A stretch of 52,774 nt of DNA from Candidatus Saccharimonadota bacterium. Its GTDB lineage: Bacteria; Patescibacteriota; Saccharimonadia; Saccharimonadales; UBA4665. Of the stretch, positions 43,652 to 52,774 are shown piece after piece. Numbering within the stretch: position 1 is the first letter of the stretch; every line of letters begins with the position of its first letter. The stretch spans positions 1 to 52,774 of the forward strand of contig DAHUZY010000001.1 in NCBI GenBank assembly GCA_027314885.1, read 5' to 3'. The notes beneath the pieces are model-generated. The model worked only from the letters and a program-made list of their open reading frames with translations. It had not been told where the DNA came from and searched no databases. Position numbers and translations under genes: made by a program.

Positions 43652-43933
43652 TTACTTCTTTCCGTGACGACTGGCTGTACGCTGAGAGACGTTATAACTT
43701 ACGTAATGTGGCCCCGACTCTTCTCTTTCACGCAGTATTGGATTATTTGACCCTGTGTCTACAGTTTCGAAAGAAAGCGCAGGTTGAGTAGGAAAAATTG
43801 CCCGCACCCGTGTCTGGCTACGCATATCCACCATCCCTATTGTGGCCGCCAACGCCATAACAAGAATGCTGAGCTCCGTAAAAAAATACCGAACCAATTT
43901 ATAGGCAGAAGAGGATTTTTGTTTTAAGATCAT
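43652..43933 (-). CDS. Hypothetical small membrane protein
   Basis: ORF with one TM (FFTELSILVMALAATIGMV). No family recognised. Confidence 0.4.
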   Translation of the reverse strand: MILKQKSSSAYKLVRYFFTELSILVMALAATIGMVDMRSQTRVRAIFPTQPALSFETVDTGSNNPILREREESGPHYVSYNVSQRTASRHGKK

Positions 43934-43996
43934 CTAATGTTATTGTAGCAATAAATATGAACTATGTCAATGTTATGACATTGCTACAACATACAA

Positions 43997-44626
43997 TCAG
44001 ACATCAACTTCAATTGCCTCACCGGTCTGTAGCTTATGAAACTTTATACCTGCCGACGCCAGCTGATTTTCAAACATATCATACATCTGCTCTCGAGCGA
44101 TATCGCTCCAGTGCCAGTCATGAATTGGCAAAACATGTTTCGGCTTAAGCTCAAGTGTTATATTGAGCGCCTTGATCGTGCTGCCCCATGGCGCAGTTAT
44201 GGGTAAAGCTAAGACTGCCTTTGTTTCATGAAAGCTATGACTGTCGCCCGGATCGCTCAGCATATCAAGATAGTGAATGCCTATCTCTTCCGGCTGCGGA
44301 AAGAGTGGTTTTACACTTTCATGAGGAGCATCAAAGAATTGCACACCTTCAGTCGCCTCACTGCCCGCCCGAATTCCAGCAGCCTGTAAATGCTCAACTA
44401 CTTCTGGTGTAGAAGTTATGCGGACTTCAGGAAAGGCGGTAACCAATTCCTGAACCAATGAGATGTCACAATGGTCTTGGTGTATATGTGTGATAAAAAT
44501 GTCATCCAGACGGCTGAGATTCTCTACCTTGAGGGCCTCGACACTCATAGAGCCCGGATCAAAAAGAGCCGTACGGCCTTCTGCCTCAACCAACAAGCAC
44601 GAGTGAACAAATTTCGTTACCTTCAT
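43997..44626 (-). CDS. MBL-fold metallo-hydrolase
   Basis: Contains the ITHIHQDHCD (HxHxDH) motif and the downstream His/Asp ligands HDWHW. Confidence 0.8.
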   Translation of the reverse strand: MKVTKFVHSCLLVEAEGRTALFDPGSMSVEALKVENLSRLDDIFITHIHQDHCDISLVQELVTAFPEVRITSTPEVVEHLQAAGIRAGSEATEGVQFFDAPHESVKPLFPQPEEIGIHYLDMLSDPGDSHSFHETKAVLALPITAPWGSTIKALNITLELKPKHVLPIHDWHWSDIAREQMYDMFENQLASAGIKFHKLQTGEAIEVDV

Positions 44627-44730
44627 AATCCCTCCTTCATTTTAATGTCTTTACTACCATTATACTTGGTGCCCATTTTTAGAAAGTCAATTCATCATAT
44701 ACAACTACGGCAGTTGCACAGACTAAGCCG

Positions 44731-45318
44731 CTAAGTGTTTTTCTCTGGCTTCGGCCGGCTTGGTGCTTGTTTGGCTTTCCTGCGATCACGGTATGCTAGT
44801 TGGCGTCGTAGCTGGTCCAGCCGTACAATCTTTTTCTCAAATTGCTTTAAGAGACTGGAATACTGCCAGTTTGGAGCCAGGATATTAGCAAGCTTCCCCT
44901 TCGCCTCCAGGTATTCAGCAAGGCTGAAAAAATCACCATCACCAGAGACGATGATCGCTTGCTCATAATTAGGAAGCTCCTTGAGTGCATAAAGCACAAG
45001 TTCCACATCAACGTTTCCCTTAACCTGTGGCTTTTCTTCCGCAGTTTCTGCCTTCTCCTCCCCCTCTCGCGGTACATTAATATCAAGTGTCGGCTTAAGA
45101 ACAACTAGGTATCCGAGTTCGTGCATGTATTCATAGAGTGATTCGTTTTCACTCATATAGCCGATGAACATATATGCCTTGGTAACCCCATAAGTGTCAC
45201 GAAGGTAACGACGAAATTTGCGCCAGTCAAGTTTCCACCCCATACGCTGTGTCCCAAGATTAAGGTTTTGACTATCTATAAACGCATACGTACCTGCATT
45301 TGGGGATTTTGGTGACAT
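44731..45318 (-). CDS. NYN-domain (LabA-like) putative RNase
   Basis: Contains YAFIDSQNLNLG and IIVSGDGDFFSLAEYL. Confidence 0.8.
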   Translation of the reverse strand: MSPKSPNAGTYAFIDSQNLNLGTQRMGWKLDWRKFRRYLRDTYGVTKAYMFIGYMSENESLYEYMHELGYLVVLKPTLDINVPREGEEKAETAEEKPQVKGNVDVELVLYALKELPNYEQAIIVSGDGDFFSLAEYLEAKGKLANILAPNWQYSSLLKQFEKKIVRLDQLRRQLAYRDRRKAKQAPSRPKPEKNT

Positions 45319-45389
45319 ATCTATAGTCTATACTAACTCCTTGCATTCACAACCCATACCGAGTTAACACCCGCACGCGATCTAGAAGG

Positions 45390-46694
45390 CTAAACAATGG
45401 ACTCTGCAATCTGCTCTGGCAGAATGCGCTGTTGTTCGGTTGTATCCCGATTGCGAATGGTCACGCTGCCGTCCCCTTCTATAGTCTCAAAGTCCACAGT
45501 TATGCAGTACGGGGTGCCGATTTCATCTTGCCGTCGATATCGCTTACCGATGTTGCCGTTATCGTCGTACATAACATTACCAAACTCTTTCTTTAGCACC
45601 TTATAGATCTCCCTGGCCTTAGCTACTAAATCCGGCTTATTCTTAAGGAGGGGGCTGACGGCAACTTTGACCGGAGCCAAATTGAGTGGCAGTTTCAAAT
45701 AGACTCGTTTTTCTCCATTGATCTCATCTTCTGTGTAAGCTTGAGCAATTACCGCCATAACGTTGCGATCAACCCCATACGTGGGTTCAATGACGTGGGG
45801 AATCAAGGCGTTGCCCTGATCTTTTGGTTGATACTCTAGCTTTTTACCTGATTTTTGTTGATGATTCTTTAAATCGAAATCGGTCCGATACGCAAGACCG
45901 CCAATTTCATCATAGCCAAGGCTCGGAAAATCATATTGAAAATCAATGGTGCGCTTACTATAATGAGCGCGGTCTTCCGCTGGTACTTCAATCTCTTTCA
46001 GCTTATTTTCGCTGAGCCCTAGACTCTTATACCATTCATAAGACTGTTTACGCCACATATCAAAATACTTTTCCCACTGCTCAGGTGCGACAAAGTACTC
46101 TAACTCCATAATCTCGAATTCCCGGGAACGGAAAATGAAATCACGGGGACTAATCTCGTTGCGAAAGCTACGACCAATTTGCGCAATACCAAATGGTAAG
46201 TCTGGATAAAAACTATCTACCACGTTCTTGAAGTTTACAAACATACCTTGGGCGGTCTCTGGTCGCAGATAACTAATGCTACTGTCATTTTCGACCGGCC
46301 CAACATGCGTCTTAAACATCATATTAAATTGGCGCGCTTCCCCGAATGTGCTTTCTTTGCCGCAACTTGGACATTTTGAAGTGTCTATTTTATCTGCACG
46401 AAACCGACTATGACAATTACTGCACTCCACCAGGGGGTCGGAGAAGGTATCGACATGACCACTTGCCTGCCATACCTTAGGATTCATTAAGATTGCACTG
46501 TCGATACCGTACATATCATCTCTTTCCTCGATAAAAGTTCGCCACCAGAGCGCAGTGATGTTCCGCTTCAACTGGACCCCGAGAGGGCCATAATCCCAGG
46601 TTCCGGCAAGGCCTCCATAAATTTCACTACCCTGGTACAAGAAACCACGGCGCTTACATAAACTGACAATCGTTTCCAAAGTCGTGTTACTCAT
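45390..46694 (-). CDS. glyQS: Glycine--tRNA ligase (homodimeric type)
   Basis: The N-terminus CKRRGFLYQGSEIYGGLAGTWDYGPLGVQLKRNI and class II motifs FRNEISPR and GVDR are present. Length is 434 aa. Confidence 0.95.
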   Translation of the reverse strand: MSNTTLETIVSLCKRRGFLYQGSEIYGGLAGTWDYGPLGVQLKRNITALWWRTFIEERDDMYGIDSAILMNPKVWQASGHVDTFSDPLVECSNCHSRFRADKIDTSKCPSCGKESTFGEARQFNMMFKTHVGPVENDSSISYLRPETAQGMFVNFKNVVDSFYPDLPFGIAQIGRSFRNEISPRDFIFRSREFEIMELEYFVAPEQWEKYFDMWRKQSYEWYKSLGLSENKLKEIEVPAEDRAHYSKRTIDFQYDFPSLGYDEIGGLAYRTDFDLKNHQQKSGKKLEYQPKDQGNALIPHVIEPTYGVDRNVMAVIAQAYTEDEINGEKRVYLKLPLNLAPVKVAVSPLLKNKPDLVAKAREIYKVLKKEFGNVMYDDNGNIGKRYRRQDEIGTPYCITVDFETIEGDGSVTIRNRDTTEQQRILPEQIAESIV

Positions 46695-46706
46695 CGATCT
46701 CTCAGA

Positions 46707-47399
46707 TTATATCCGAATATGCGCCTTGAGCATAGACTCGAGTAGCTGCTCACAGTCAGGCAGCAGCCCATCAATACCTTGCACCTTCTGCAAAACTTCA
46801 GGTGATACTTGGCCGAATAAGAGCCTCAGTAGCTTGATGTGATCTGACGAAAAGTGACCGCTCCCACTCACCTGAAAGGTGCCGTTGCTGGCTTCAAATG
46901 TATACAGGCTACTCATGACTAGCGGCTGTGCGCTCTCATCTGTTTTAAGATTGGGAGAGTGACCAGCTAACCTGAGCATTCCGGCTTCAAACCACGTTTT
47001 AATAAGCATAAGGCTGACCGATGGAGTATTGAGTGCTTTGAGGCTATCGTGCAGTAAGTTAAAGTAGCCACTCTCTGGTTGATCCTCTGTTGCCCGATTG
47101 AGTATTTTCATGAGCAAGTAACCAAGTTGTACTCTGTTTATATCCTCAACGATTCGACCGTAGTGCTGCTTCATGCGTGCTGAGGTTAAGGTGCCGACCT
47201 CCCCCCTGCCGGGTAAATAGCTAATGTCAGCTATAGTAAAAAGCTCGATACCTCCGGCAAGTTTTGACCGCTCTTTACGCACTCCTCGTGCCATCAGGCG
47301 CAACTTGCCATATTCCGGAGTGAGCAGTGTCAGAATTCGGTCTGCTTCACCAAAATCAGTTCGACTTAGAACAATAGCAAGTGTTCTTATGTGATTCAC
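46707..47399 (-). CDS. recO: DNA repair protein RecO
   Basis: The OB-fold N-terminus is TLAIVLSRTDFGEADRILTLLTPEYGKLRLMARGVRK. Length is 230 aa. Confidence 0.85.
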   Translation of the reverse strand: MNHIRTLAIVLSRTDFGEADRILTLLTPEYGKLRLMARGVRKERSKLAGGIELFTIADISYLPGRGEVGTLTSARMKQHYGRIVEDINRVQLGYLLMKILNRATEDQPESGYFNLLHDSLKALNTPSVSLMLIKTWFEAGMLRLAGHSPNLKTDESAQPLVMSSLYTFEASNGTFQVSGSGHFSSDHIKLLRLLFGQVSPEVLQKVQGIDGLLPDCEQLLESMLKAHIRI

Positions 47400-47788
47400 G
47401 TTTTAACCGGGACATATTCCCTGACAGCTTCAACTAGATGCGCGAGTGACGTATCCGGCTTGTATAAGTAACTGACGACGCCGAGCTCATGCGTCATGAG
47501 CTCCCAACTATGCCGAAACTCCGCAAATGGCACCATACTATGAACAATAACGGGGATATTTTGCCATTCACTGTACGACCGAAACTCATAAAGAAACTCT
47601 ATGCCTGAATGTGCAATAAGCTGTAGCTCAAGAATAACAAGATCCGGCGTCTTGATATCAGCTAGCCGGACCGCCGCCTGAGCACCATTTGCCTTCATAA
47701 CCATGTATTCTCTATCGGCCGTTAACGCTCTTTTATAAGTAGCGGCTAGCACGCGATCCGGTTCTATTAAGAGGAGCCTACTGCTCAT
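47396..47788 (-). CDS. Atypical receiver-domain protein with Glu at the phosphoacceptor position
   Basis: The receiver fold is intact (LLLIEPD..., IPVIVHSM, YLYKPD), but the canonical DLVILDL is DLVILEL here. It has 4-nt overlaps with both neighbours. Confidence 0.8.
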   Translation of the reverse strand: MSSRLLLIEPDRVLAATYKRALTADREYMVMKANGAQAAVRLADIKTPDLVILELQLIAHSGIEFLYEFRSYSEWQNIPVIVHSMVPFAEFRHSWELMTHELGVVSYLYKPDTSLAHLVEAVREYVPVKT

Positions 47789-48504
47789 ACGAGTTGAAGT
47801 TGCTCATTAGATTGCAAAACCGTCCCGAGACCATACAAACGATGATGCCGACTGGCAACGAGGTGCAAATCCATGGCGTGCAAAATATTATCTGCCACAA
47901 ATATGCCGGCTCCGTTCGAGTGATTGAGCGCCAAGAATGGCTGACGACTGTGGGTTTGCAGCCGCCGCCCCTGTCTCAGTGCGGACATGGAAAGCTGCTT
48001 TGTGTCAGCGTATACTCCAGCAACAATGCCGTAACGACTTCTATGAGTCGCAAGCTGTAATTTCAGCTGGTGCTGTGCAGGAAGAGCCGGTAACGCTTCA
48101 ATCAGGGCTGCACCGATACTGACTAAAGCTGCGTGCAGGCCATGTTGGTTAGCCATAACTGGCCGAAAACGACCGGCAATGTTAAGCTCTAAGTCAATAT
48201 CATAGTTCTTCGCATAGTTATACAAAGATTGCCCTGTATCGTAGAGAACCGAAGAAACGGAAACCGCCTCAAGAGGAAACTGCTGGGGCTCCAAGGCCAG
48301 GCGCACCCCAAGAATGTAGTGATCAATAAGCTGCAGCGCAGTTTGGGCGGTTGCTTGTAGACTACGTCCTTCAGCGCGTGTCAGCCCCTCAAGTTCAAGT
48401 TGTCTGGCTATCTGCGTCAACGGCAGTTTCAGCTCTTCAGCAACGCTCAAAAGCAATTGCTGCGAAAGAATTACTGTTGAAGAGTGCTGCTCATTAACAG
48501 GCAT
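47785..48504 (-). CDS. Degenerate histidine-kinase-like protein (His replaced by Glu in the H-box; degenerate ATP-binding boxes)
   Basis: SVAEELKLPLTQI aligns to the H-box SHELRTPLTxI with H replaced by E. The N-box position reads HAALVSIGAALIEA with no Asn. The G-box remnant is SNGAGIFVADNILHAMDLHL. Confidence 0.6.
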   Translation of the reverse strand: MPVNEQHSSTVILSQQLLLSVAEELKLPLTQIARQLELEGLTRAEGRSLQATAQTALQLIDHYILGVRLALEPQQFPLEAVSVSSVLYDTGQSLYNYAKNYDIDLELNIAGRFRPVMANQHGLHAALVSIGAALIEALPALPAQHQLKLQLATHRSRYGIVAGVYADTKQLSMSALRQGRRLQTHSRQPFLALNHSNGAGIFVADNILHAMDLHLVASRHHRLYGLGTVLQSNEQLQLV

Positions 48505-48552
48505 ATACCTTTTGTCTCCTCGCCCCAGGATTACTAACTTCTAGTATACGGC

Positions 48553-49230
48553 CTATGGGGAGAAATCAAAACTTGGTATGACTACATTGTTGAAGTCGCT
48601 TAGTGAAACTGTGCCATCTGTCCAAAATTGTATGGTGTTAGTCCGATCCGGCATCATCACTAAGGTGGCAGAGTTACCCGAACTGCCAACCGCAGAAGCT
48701 ATAGGACCAGTGGCCTCAACACCCACCACATTCGGGAGCTTGGGCAAGCTAAACGTCCTAATAACAACTCCTTTTTGACCTTGTAGGCCCTGGAGTGATT
48801 GCGCATACGGCTGACTGAGCACCTGTACTCTGAGAGAAAAGTTAGCTGTCTGATCGCTGACTGAGCTTAATACTGATGGCATAAAGTATCCATCGATTAG
48901 AACGCTGCTGCTATTAGTGCTAGCTGTACTAACGTACGCACTCCACGTCTTGGGGTACTGAAAACTAATGCTACCGTACTGCTGTGGCCCGTTGTAGGCT
49001 ACATACGGTTGTTTTTCTTGTTGGGCAAGATTTATTTGCTCTTGTGCTGCAGCTTCTGTCTTAGCAACCGCAACGGCGCTTCTTATCTTAGCATCAACAT
49101 TATTCTTATAATCCTCACGGCTGCTAAATGCCCAAATGGCAAAAACCGCTACAGACACCAGTAGCACTATGCTCACAATGAGGGAAATAGTGACACTATT
49201 CACTGCGCCTTCTTGGTTATGCTTTATCAC
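48553..49230 (-). CDS. Hypothetical N-terminally anchored extracytoplasmic protein
   Basis: One TM (ISLIVSIVLLVSVAVFAIWAF) is followed by a coiled segment and a beta-rich domain. No family recognised. Confidence 0.5.
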   Translation of the reverse strand: MIKHNQEGAVNSVTISLIVSIVLLVSVAVFAIWAFSSREDYKNNVDAKIRSAVAVAKTEAAAQEQINLAQQEKQPYVAYNGPQQYGSISFQYPKTWSAYVSTASTNSSSVLIDGYFMPSVLSSVSDQTANFSLRVQVLSQPYAQSLQGLQGQKGVVIRTFSLPKLPNVVGVEATGPIASAVGSSGNSATLVMMPDRTNTIQFWTDGTVSLSDFNNVVIPSFDFSP

Positions 49231-49290
49231 CTCATAATGGTACCTCAGTTGAGAGCTAGTAGCAATATACGCATAAAATATATACTGAGA

Positions 49291-49782
49291 CTACTTGTAG
49301 CGATATATATGAAGATCCTTTTGTGTCAGTATAGGCCGTTTGTTAGGGATACGAAATGCGATACTGACAAGTGTAACGGGTTTATGAGTATATTGCATAC
49401 ATTTTTTGTCCAATTTAGCCATATAGCGCGGATAAAGAAACACGAAAATCACATCGGCCCTCGGCCACTCCCGCTGCCAAAAATTCCCCCACACTACCCT
49501 CACCTTCCCTTTGTAGCGACGAGTACGAATCCATGCTATGGCAGCAAGCAAGGGGTTAAGTTCATAGCCAACAACCTGCGCGCCACGACGGGCGGCGGAT
49601 ACAAGTACCCTGCCATCTCCGCAGCCGAGCTCCAGTAACGTTTGACCTGGTTGCAGTTTACTGAGCTCTAGACCACGTGTTATTTGCAGCGACAATGTTG
49701 GTAGATACGGTGCTCCGACCAATATCACACCACCAAAACAGACAAGTAGCAGCCCAATAATAAATGCTAAAAGGGTCATCAC
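49291..49782 (-). CDS. Class I SAM-dependent methyltransferase with N-terminal TM helix
   Basis: LLELGCGDGRVLVSAARRG is motif I and VVGYELNP is motif II. Confidence 0.7.
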   Translation of the reverse strand: MMTLLAFIIGLLLVCFGGVILVGAPYLPTLSLQITRGLELSKLQPGQTLLELGCGDGRVLVSAARRGAQVVGYELNPLLAAIAWIRTRRYKGKVRVVWGNFWQREWPRADVIFVFLYPRYMAKLDKKCMQYTHKPVTLVSIAFRIPNKRPILTQKDLHIYRYK

Positions 49783-49997
49783 GTACCTTCTACATCAGTT
49801 GCGTCAAGGTGATGAACAGTATTCTCGGCTGTTTTCAAGTATTCCTGAAGCTGCTCAACAATCTCTCTTCCCCTCTTGTAAAGTGACAGTGCTGCGTCTA
49901 CGTCTACGTCATCTGCCTGAAGCTGCTCAACAATATTGTCGAGCTCCGCTTTAAGTTCCTCGTAGCGAGGCTTGGGTCTGGCGGTGTCTTTCGTCAT
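49779..49997 (-). CDS. xseB: Exodeoxyribonuclease VII small subunit
   Basis: A 72-aa helical protein (YEELKAELDNIVEQLQADDVDVDAALSLYKRGREIVEQLQEYL), coupled by a 4-nt overlap to xseA. Confidence 0.85.
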   Translation of the reverse strand: MTKDTARPKPRYEELKAELDNIVEQLQADDVDVDAALSLYKRGREIVEQLQEYLKTAENTVHHLDATDVEGT

Positions 49998-51127
49998 CGT
50001 TTACTCTCCTCTCCGATATTTTCAACAACTGCGCCCAGCGCGCCTTGCATAAGTTGCACTTCAATCATGTTGCCTACCGACAGAGCCTGCGTATTTCGTA
50101 ATACCCTACCGTTATGACGGACAATTGCGTAACCGCGCTTAAGTACAGCAGTTGGGTTGAAGGCTTCAAGTAGTTGGGCTTGCCCATCAACTTCGGAACT
50201 CAATCGCTGCAACCGCTGTCTGATCAAGCGGTCTAGCTGCTCCGTGTATTGCGACACCGCCGCTGCAGCGTTGTTCATGACGTAGGCAATATGACGAGTC
50301 AGGCTGTGCTGAGTTACCCGTAGTTCACGAAGAATCTGCTTTTTTTCCGGCACGAGTAATTCAGCTGCGTTACTTGGTGTACTCGCACGGCAATCCGCCG
50401 CAAGCTCTGCTAGCGTAAAATCAATTTCATGCCCAATGGCGACGAGCGTCGGTATACGACTGCCAGCCACCGCTCTCGTTACTTGTTCCGAGTTAAAGGC
50501 GGCAAGATCTTCACTGCTGCCTCCACCCCTTATTAAGGTCAGCACGTCTAGTGGGGGTGCGATGGTATTCAAATGCGCAATGGCAGCTGCAATCTGACTT
50601 GGTGCTACCTCGCCCTGCACCTGCACATTGACGACATCAATATCAAGTCTACCCCAGCGAGCATTAAGTATCTTAATGAAGTCTGCATAGGCCGCCGATT
50701 GTTTGGCGGTAATCAGACCAATACGTGCCGGAACCTCCGGCAGTAACCGTTTACGAGCCGGGTCAAACAACCCCTCGCGCGTCAAGCTGACCTTCAGGAG
50801 GTCAGCTGCACGACGCAATGTTCCCTCACCTGCAAGTTGGATAGATAAAATGTTGATAGAAAAACCGTATCGCTCATGTAAATGCGGCCGGCCACGGACT
50901 TTTGCCATCATACCGTCTTCAAGCGGCCCCGGCAGCGAGTAGATTGTCCCGAAGCAGCGAATACTGGCTGTTTCATCTTTTATATCAAAGTAGACCCAGC
51001 GACGTTGACTGACTCTAAAATTAGCTATTTCACCGACAACTATAATTTCAGGATAAACTCCTTCCAGAGTTTGGTTAAAAACAGCAACAAAATCACTTAC
51101 CCCGAGCTCGATAACCTGATTATTCAT
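49994..51127 (-). CDS. xseA: Exodeoxyribonuclease VII large subunit
   Basis: Has the OB-fold N-terminus (VSDFVAVFNQTLEGVYPEIIVVGEIANFRVSQRRWVYFDIKD) and the catalytic region RGGGSSEDLAAFN. The start is trimmed to Met11 of the track ORF. Confidence 0.9.
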   Translation of the reverse strand: MNNQVIELGVSDFVAVFNQTLEGVYPEIIVVGEIANFRVSQRRWVYFDIKDETASIRCFGTIYSLPGPLEDGMMAKVRGRPHLHERYGFSINILSIQLAGEGTLRRAADLLKVSLTREGLFDPARKRLLPEVPARIGLITAKQSAAYADFIKILNARWGRLDIDVVNVQVQGEVAPSQIAAAIAHLNTIAPPLDVLTLIRGGGSSEDLAAFNSEQVTRAVAGSRIPTLVAIGHEIDFTLAELAADCRASTPSNAAELLVPEKKQILRELRVTQHSLTRHIAYVMNNAAAAVSQYTEQLDRLIRQRLQRLSSEVDGQAQLLEAFNPTAVLKRGYAIVRHNGRVLRNTQALSVGNMIEVQLMQGALGAVVENIGEESKR

Positions 51128-52196
51128 TATGGGGCAGGCCCTTTGGTGATTTTTCATTGCGATGTAATGTCTTCTGGTACAAATAATAGCCTGCAGGTAG
51201 TTGAATGGCGGTATTAATTACACGATACATAATAATGACCGGCAAGCTCACCGCGGGAGATATTCCTGTGGCTGCCAAAACTGCTGTCATCAATGCCTCA
51301 TATATACCAACACCACCCGGCAGAACAGATACCAGGCCGGCAAAATTAGCAATACCGTAAGCTAAAATAACGGCACCTATGTTCACAAACTGGCCGAACG
51401 CCAAAAAGACGACATAAAGCGCCATGACTTCGGTAAAATTAGCCAGCAAGGCATAGTAAGAAGGTTGTTTTAACGCTTGTATGTTCGTCTGGATTGCTTC
51501 GTAACTGTCATGGAAATCATTAAACAACTGCCTCACATGATCGATGTTAATAGTTTCCGGATAACGCGGTCTGACAAGGTGAATAAGCTTGTTGAGTCCT
51601 TTAGTAAGTGTAGTAAAGAAACTGTTAATGCGCTTTTTACTGCCAACAATATAGACAAAAGCAAAAGTGCCAACAACCAAAAGCGTCGACAGCGACCCGG
51701 CTATGAGAATGACAAAATCATTTACTCGCCCCATGATCGCAAGGCAAAACAGACCGAAAATGATAAGTACTTCAAAAGATAAAAATGTCAGGCCAAGCTT
51801 CATGATTTGCACGAGTGTCGCTTTACCACTCGAAAGCCGTTCTCCTTGGCGCATACGTAAGCCAAAATAGGACACCCCTGTTACGCCTCCGCTTGGAAAC
51901 ACATGATTCACAAAGTTAAGCTCAAGTGCAGCCCTATAAAGATACGAGTACTTGAGCTTATTGTTGAGTGTGCGGAACATCGTCTGGTACATCTTTGTCT
52001 GTGCATGATAGTTAAGTGCCTCTATGGGAAGCATCAACAATAATGCCCAGGCGTGGACATGGGCAAGGTCACGAATAGTCGCAACCAATTGATCACGAAC
52101 AATATATATCAATATCACAAGCGCCGCGAGGGTAATTATGTTGAGTATGAGTTTCCAGCGGCGCATCAACCAGGTCTGTTTCGTCATGCACTTCAT
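51120..52196 (-). CDS. Lysylphosphatidylglycerol-synthase-TM-like (UPF0104/flippase-like) membrane protein
   Basis: About 8 TM helices. The N-terminus RRWKLILNIITLAALVILIYIV and overall architecture resemble PF03706-type proteins, from memory. Confidence 0.6.
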   Translation of the reverse strand: MKCMTKQTWLMRRWKLILNIITLAALVILIYIVRDQLVATIRDLAHVHAWALLLMLPIEALNYHAQTKMYQTMFRTLNNKLKYSYLYRAALELNFVNHVFPSGGVTGVSYFGLRMRQGERLSSGKATLVQIMKLGLTFLSFEVLIIFGLFCLAIMGRVNDFVILIAGSLSTLLVVGTFAFVYIVGSKKRINSFFTTLTKGLNKLIHLVRPRYPETINIDHVRQLFNDFHDSYEAIQTNIQALKQPSYYALLANFTEVMALYVVFLAFGQFVNIGAVILAYGIANFAGLVSVLPGGVGIYEALMTAVLAATGISPAVSLPVIIMYRVINTAIQLPAGYYLYQKTLHRNEKSPKGLPHNE

Positions 52197-52232
52197 TATA
52201 CAGACATGGTTTTGTAGGCTATAGTAGTGAAA

Positions 52233-52774
52233 ATGGAAAGTCTTCTAATTTTGGGTCGCCAGCCCGAGCTGGGGCTAGCGGAAATAGAGAGCCTCTATGG
52301 TGCCGACGCGGTACAGGTATTAAATGATCATGCAGCCAAAGTGGCAGTCGACCCCTGCGTATTAGCCTTTGACCGGTTAGGGGGCAGCGTGAAGTTTTGC
52401 AAAGTTCTCACCACTCTTGAAACCAATCATTGGAATGAAGTTGCACAATTTCTCCTTAAAAGTGCGCCGGATCATAGTCGAGCTATGCCAGCTGGCAAAA
52501 TGTACCTTGGTTTCAGTCTCTACGGCTTTGATATTCCCGTCAAACAGCTGCATGCATTCGGCCTCAGACTCAAAAAAGCAATCGGTCATACTGGCCGATC
52601 TGTACGCTTTATACCGAATAAAGCTATGGCTTTAAACAGCGCTCAAGTCATACACAATCATTTGACGAAAGAACACGGCTGGGAGTTAGTGCTGGTGCGT
52701 CATGGCCGCACCACTGTTATCGCCCAAACAATTAAGGTACAGGACATCGCCGCCTATGGTCGCCGCGATCAAGC
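52233..52774 (+). CDS. Partial CDS, N-terminal part of a putative RNA/DNA methyltransferase-like protein (runs off right edge)
   Basis: Not in the ORF track because there is no stop in the window. ATG 52233 is followed by MESLLILGRQPELGLAEIESLYGADAVQVL... The LGRQPELGLAE N-terminus is recalled from THUMP/Trm11-like methyltransferase-associated proteins of small-genome bacteria. Confidence 0.5.
   Translation, partial: MESLLILGRQPELGLAEIESLYGADAVQVLNDHAAKVAVDPCVLAFDRLGGSVKFCKVLTTLETNHWNEVAQFLLKSAPDHSRAMPAGKMYLGFSLYGFDIPVKQLHAFGLRLKKAIGHTGRSVRFIPNKAMALNSAQVIHNHLTKEHGWELVLVRHGRTTVIAQTIKVQDIAAYGRRDQ

Overview
The window looks like a streamlined bacterial chromosome. Spot counts on single 60-nt lines give about 43-50% GC. 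Gene content resembles Patescibacteria/Saccharibacteria, but this assignment is inference only. The signals are a PEGA protein, DUF3048, a membrane sortase, a sigma-region-4/HARE-HTH protein, single-domain response regulators and a compact dcw cluster without mur ligases. Core genes: gltX, umuDC-like, rsuA/rluB-like, der, pth, topA, mraZ-rsmH-ftsL-ftsI-mraY-ftsW-murG-ftsQ-like, glyQS, recO, xseAB, and three two-component pairs. There are two accessory regions. (1) 1-5161 is the right end of an integrated element. It carries a partial DUF1566-like protein, two zinc-ribbon paralogs, a replication-relaxation protein, an XRE regulator and a large serine recombinase. It abuts tRNA-Leu(CAA), and its leftmost 1.8 kb is GC-rich (36/60 and 38/60 on the first two lines). 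(2) 18.7-22.2 kb is an AT-rich array of four type II toxin-antitoxin cassettes ending at the 3' end of tRNA-Glu(CUC). Each spacer carries a decaying copy of the tRNA 3' end plus a shared element arm, and no integrase is present. Other notable points: a candidate ~410-nt structured ncRNA with a consensus promoter and intrinsic terminator (28926-29336, minus strand); a UmuD-like protein lacking the Ser/Lys dyad; and a kinase/receiver pair whose phospho-sites are both Glu, coupled to recO. All calls come from reading the sequence and translations, and no database search was possible.
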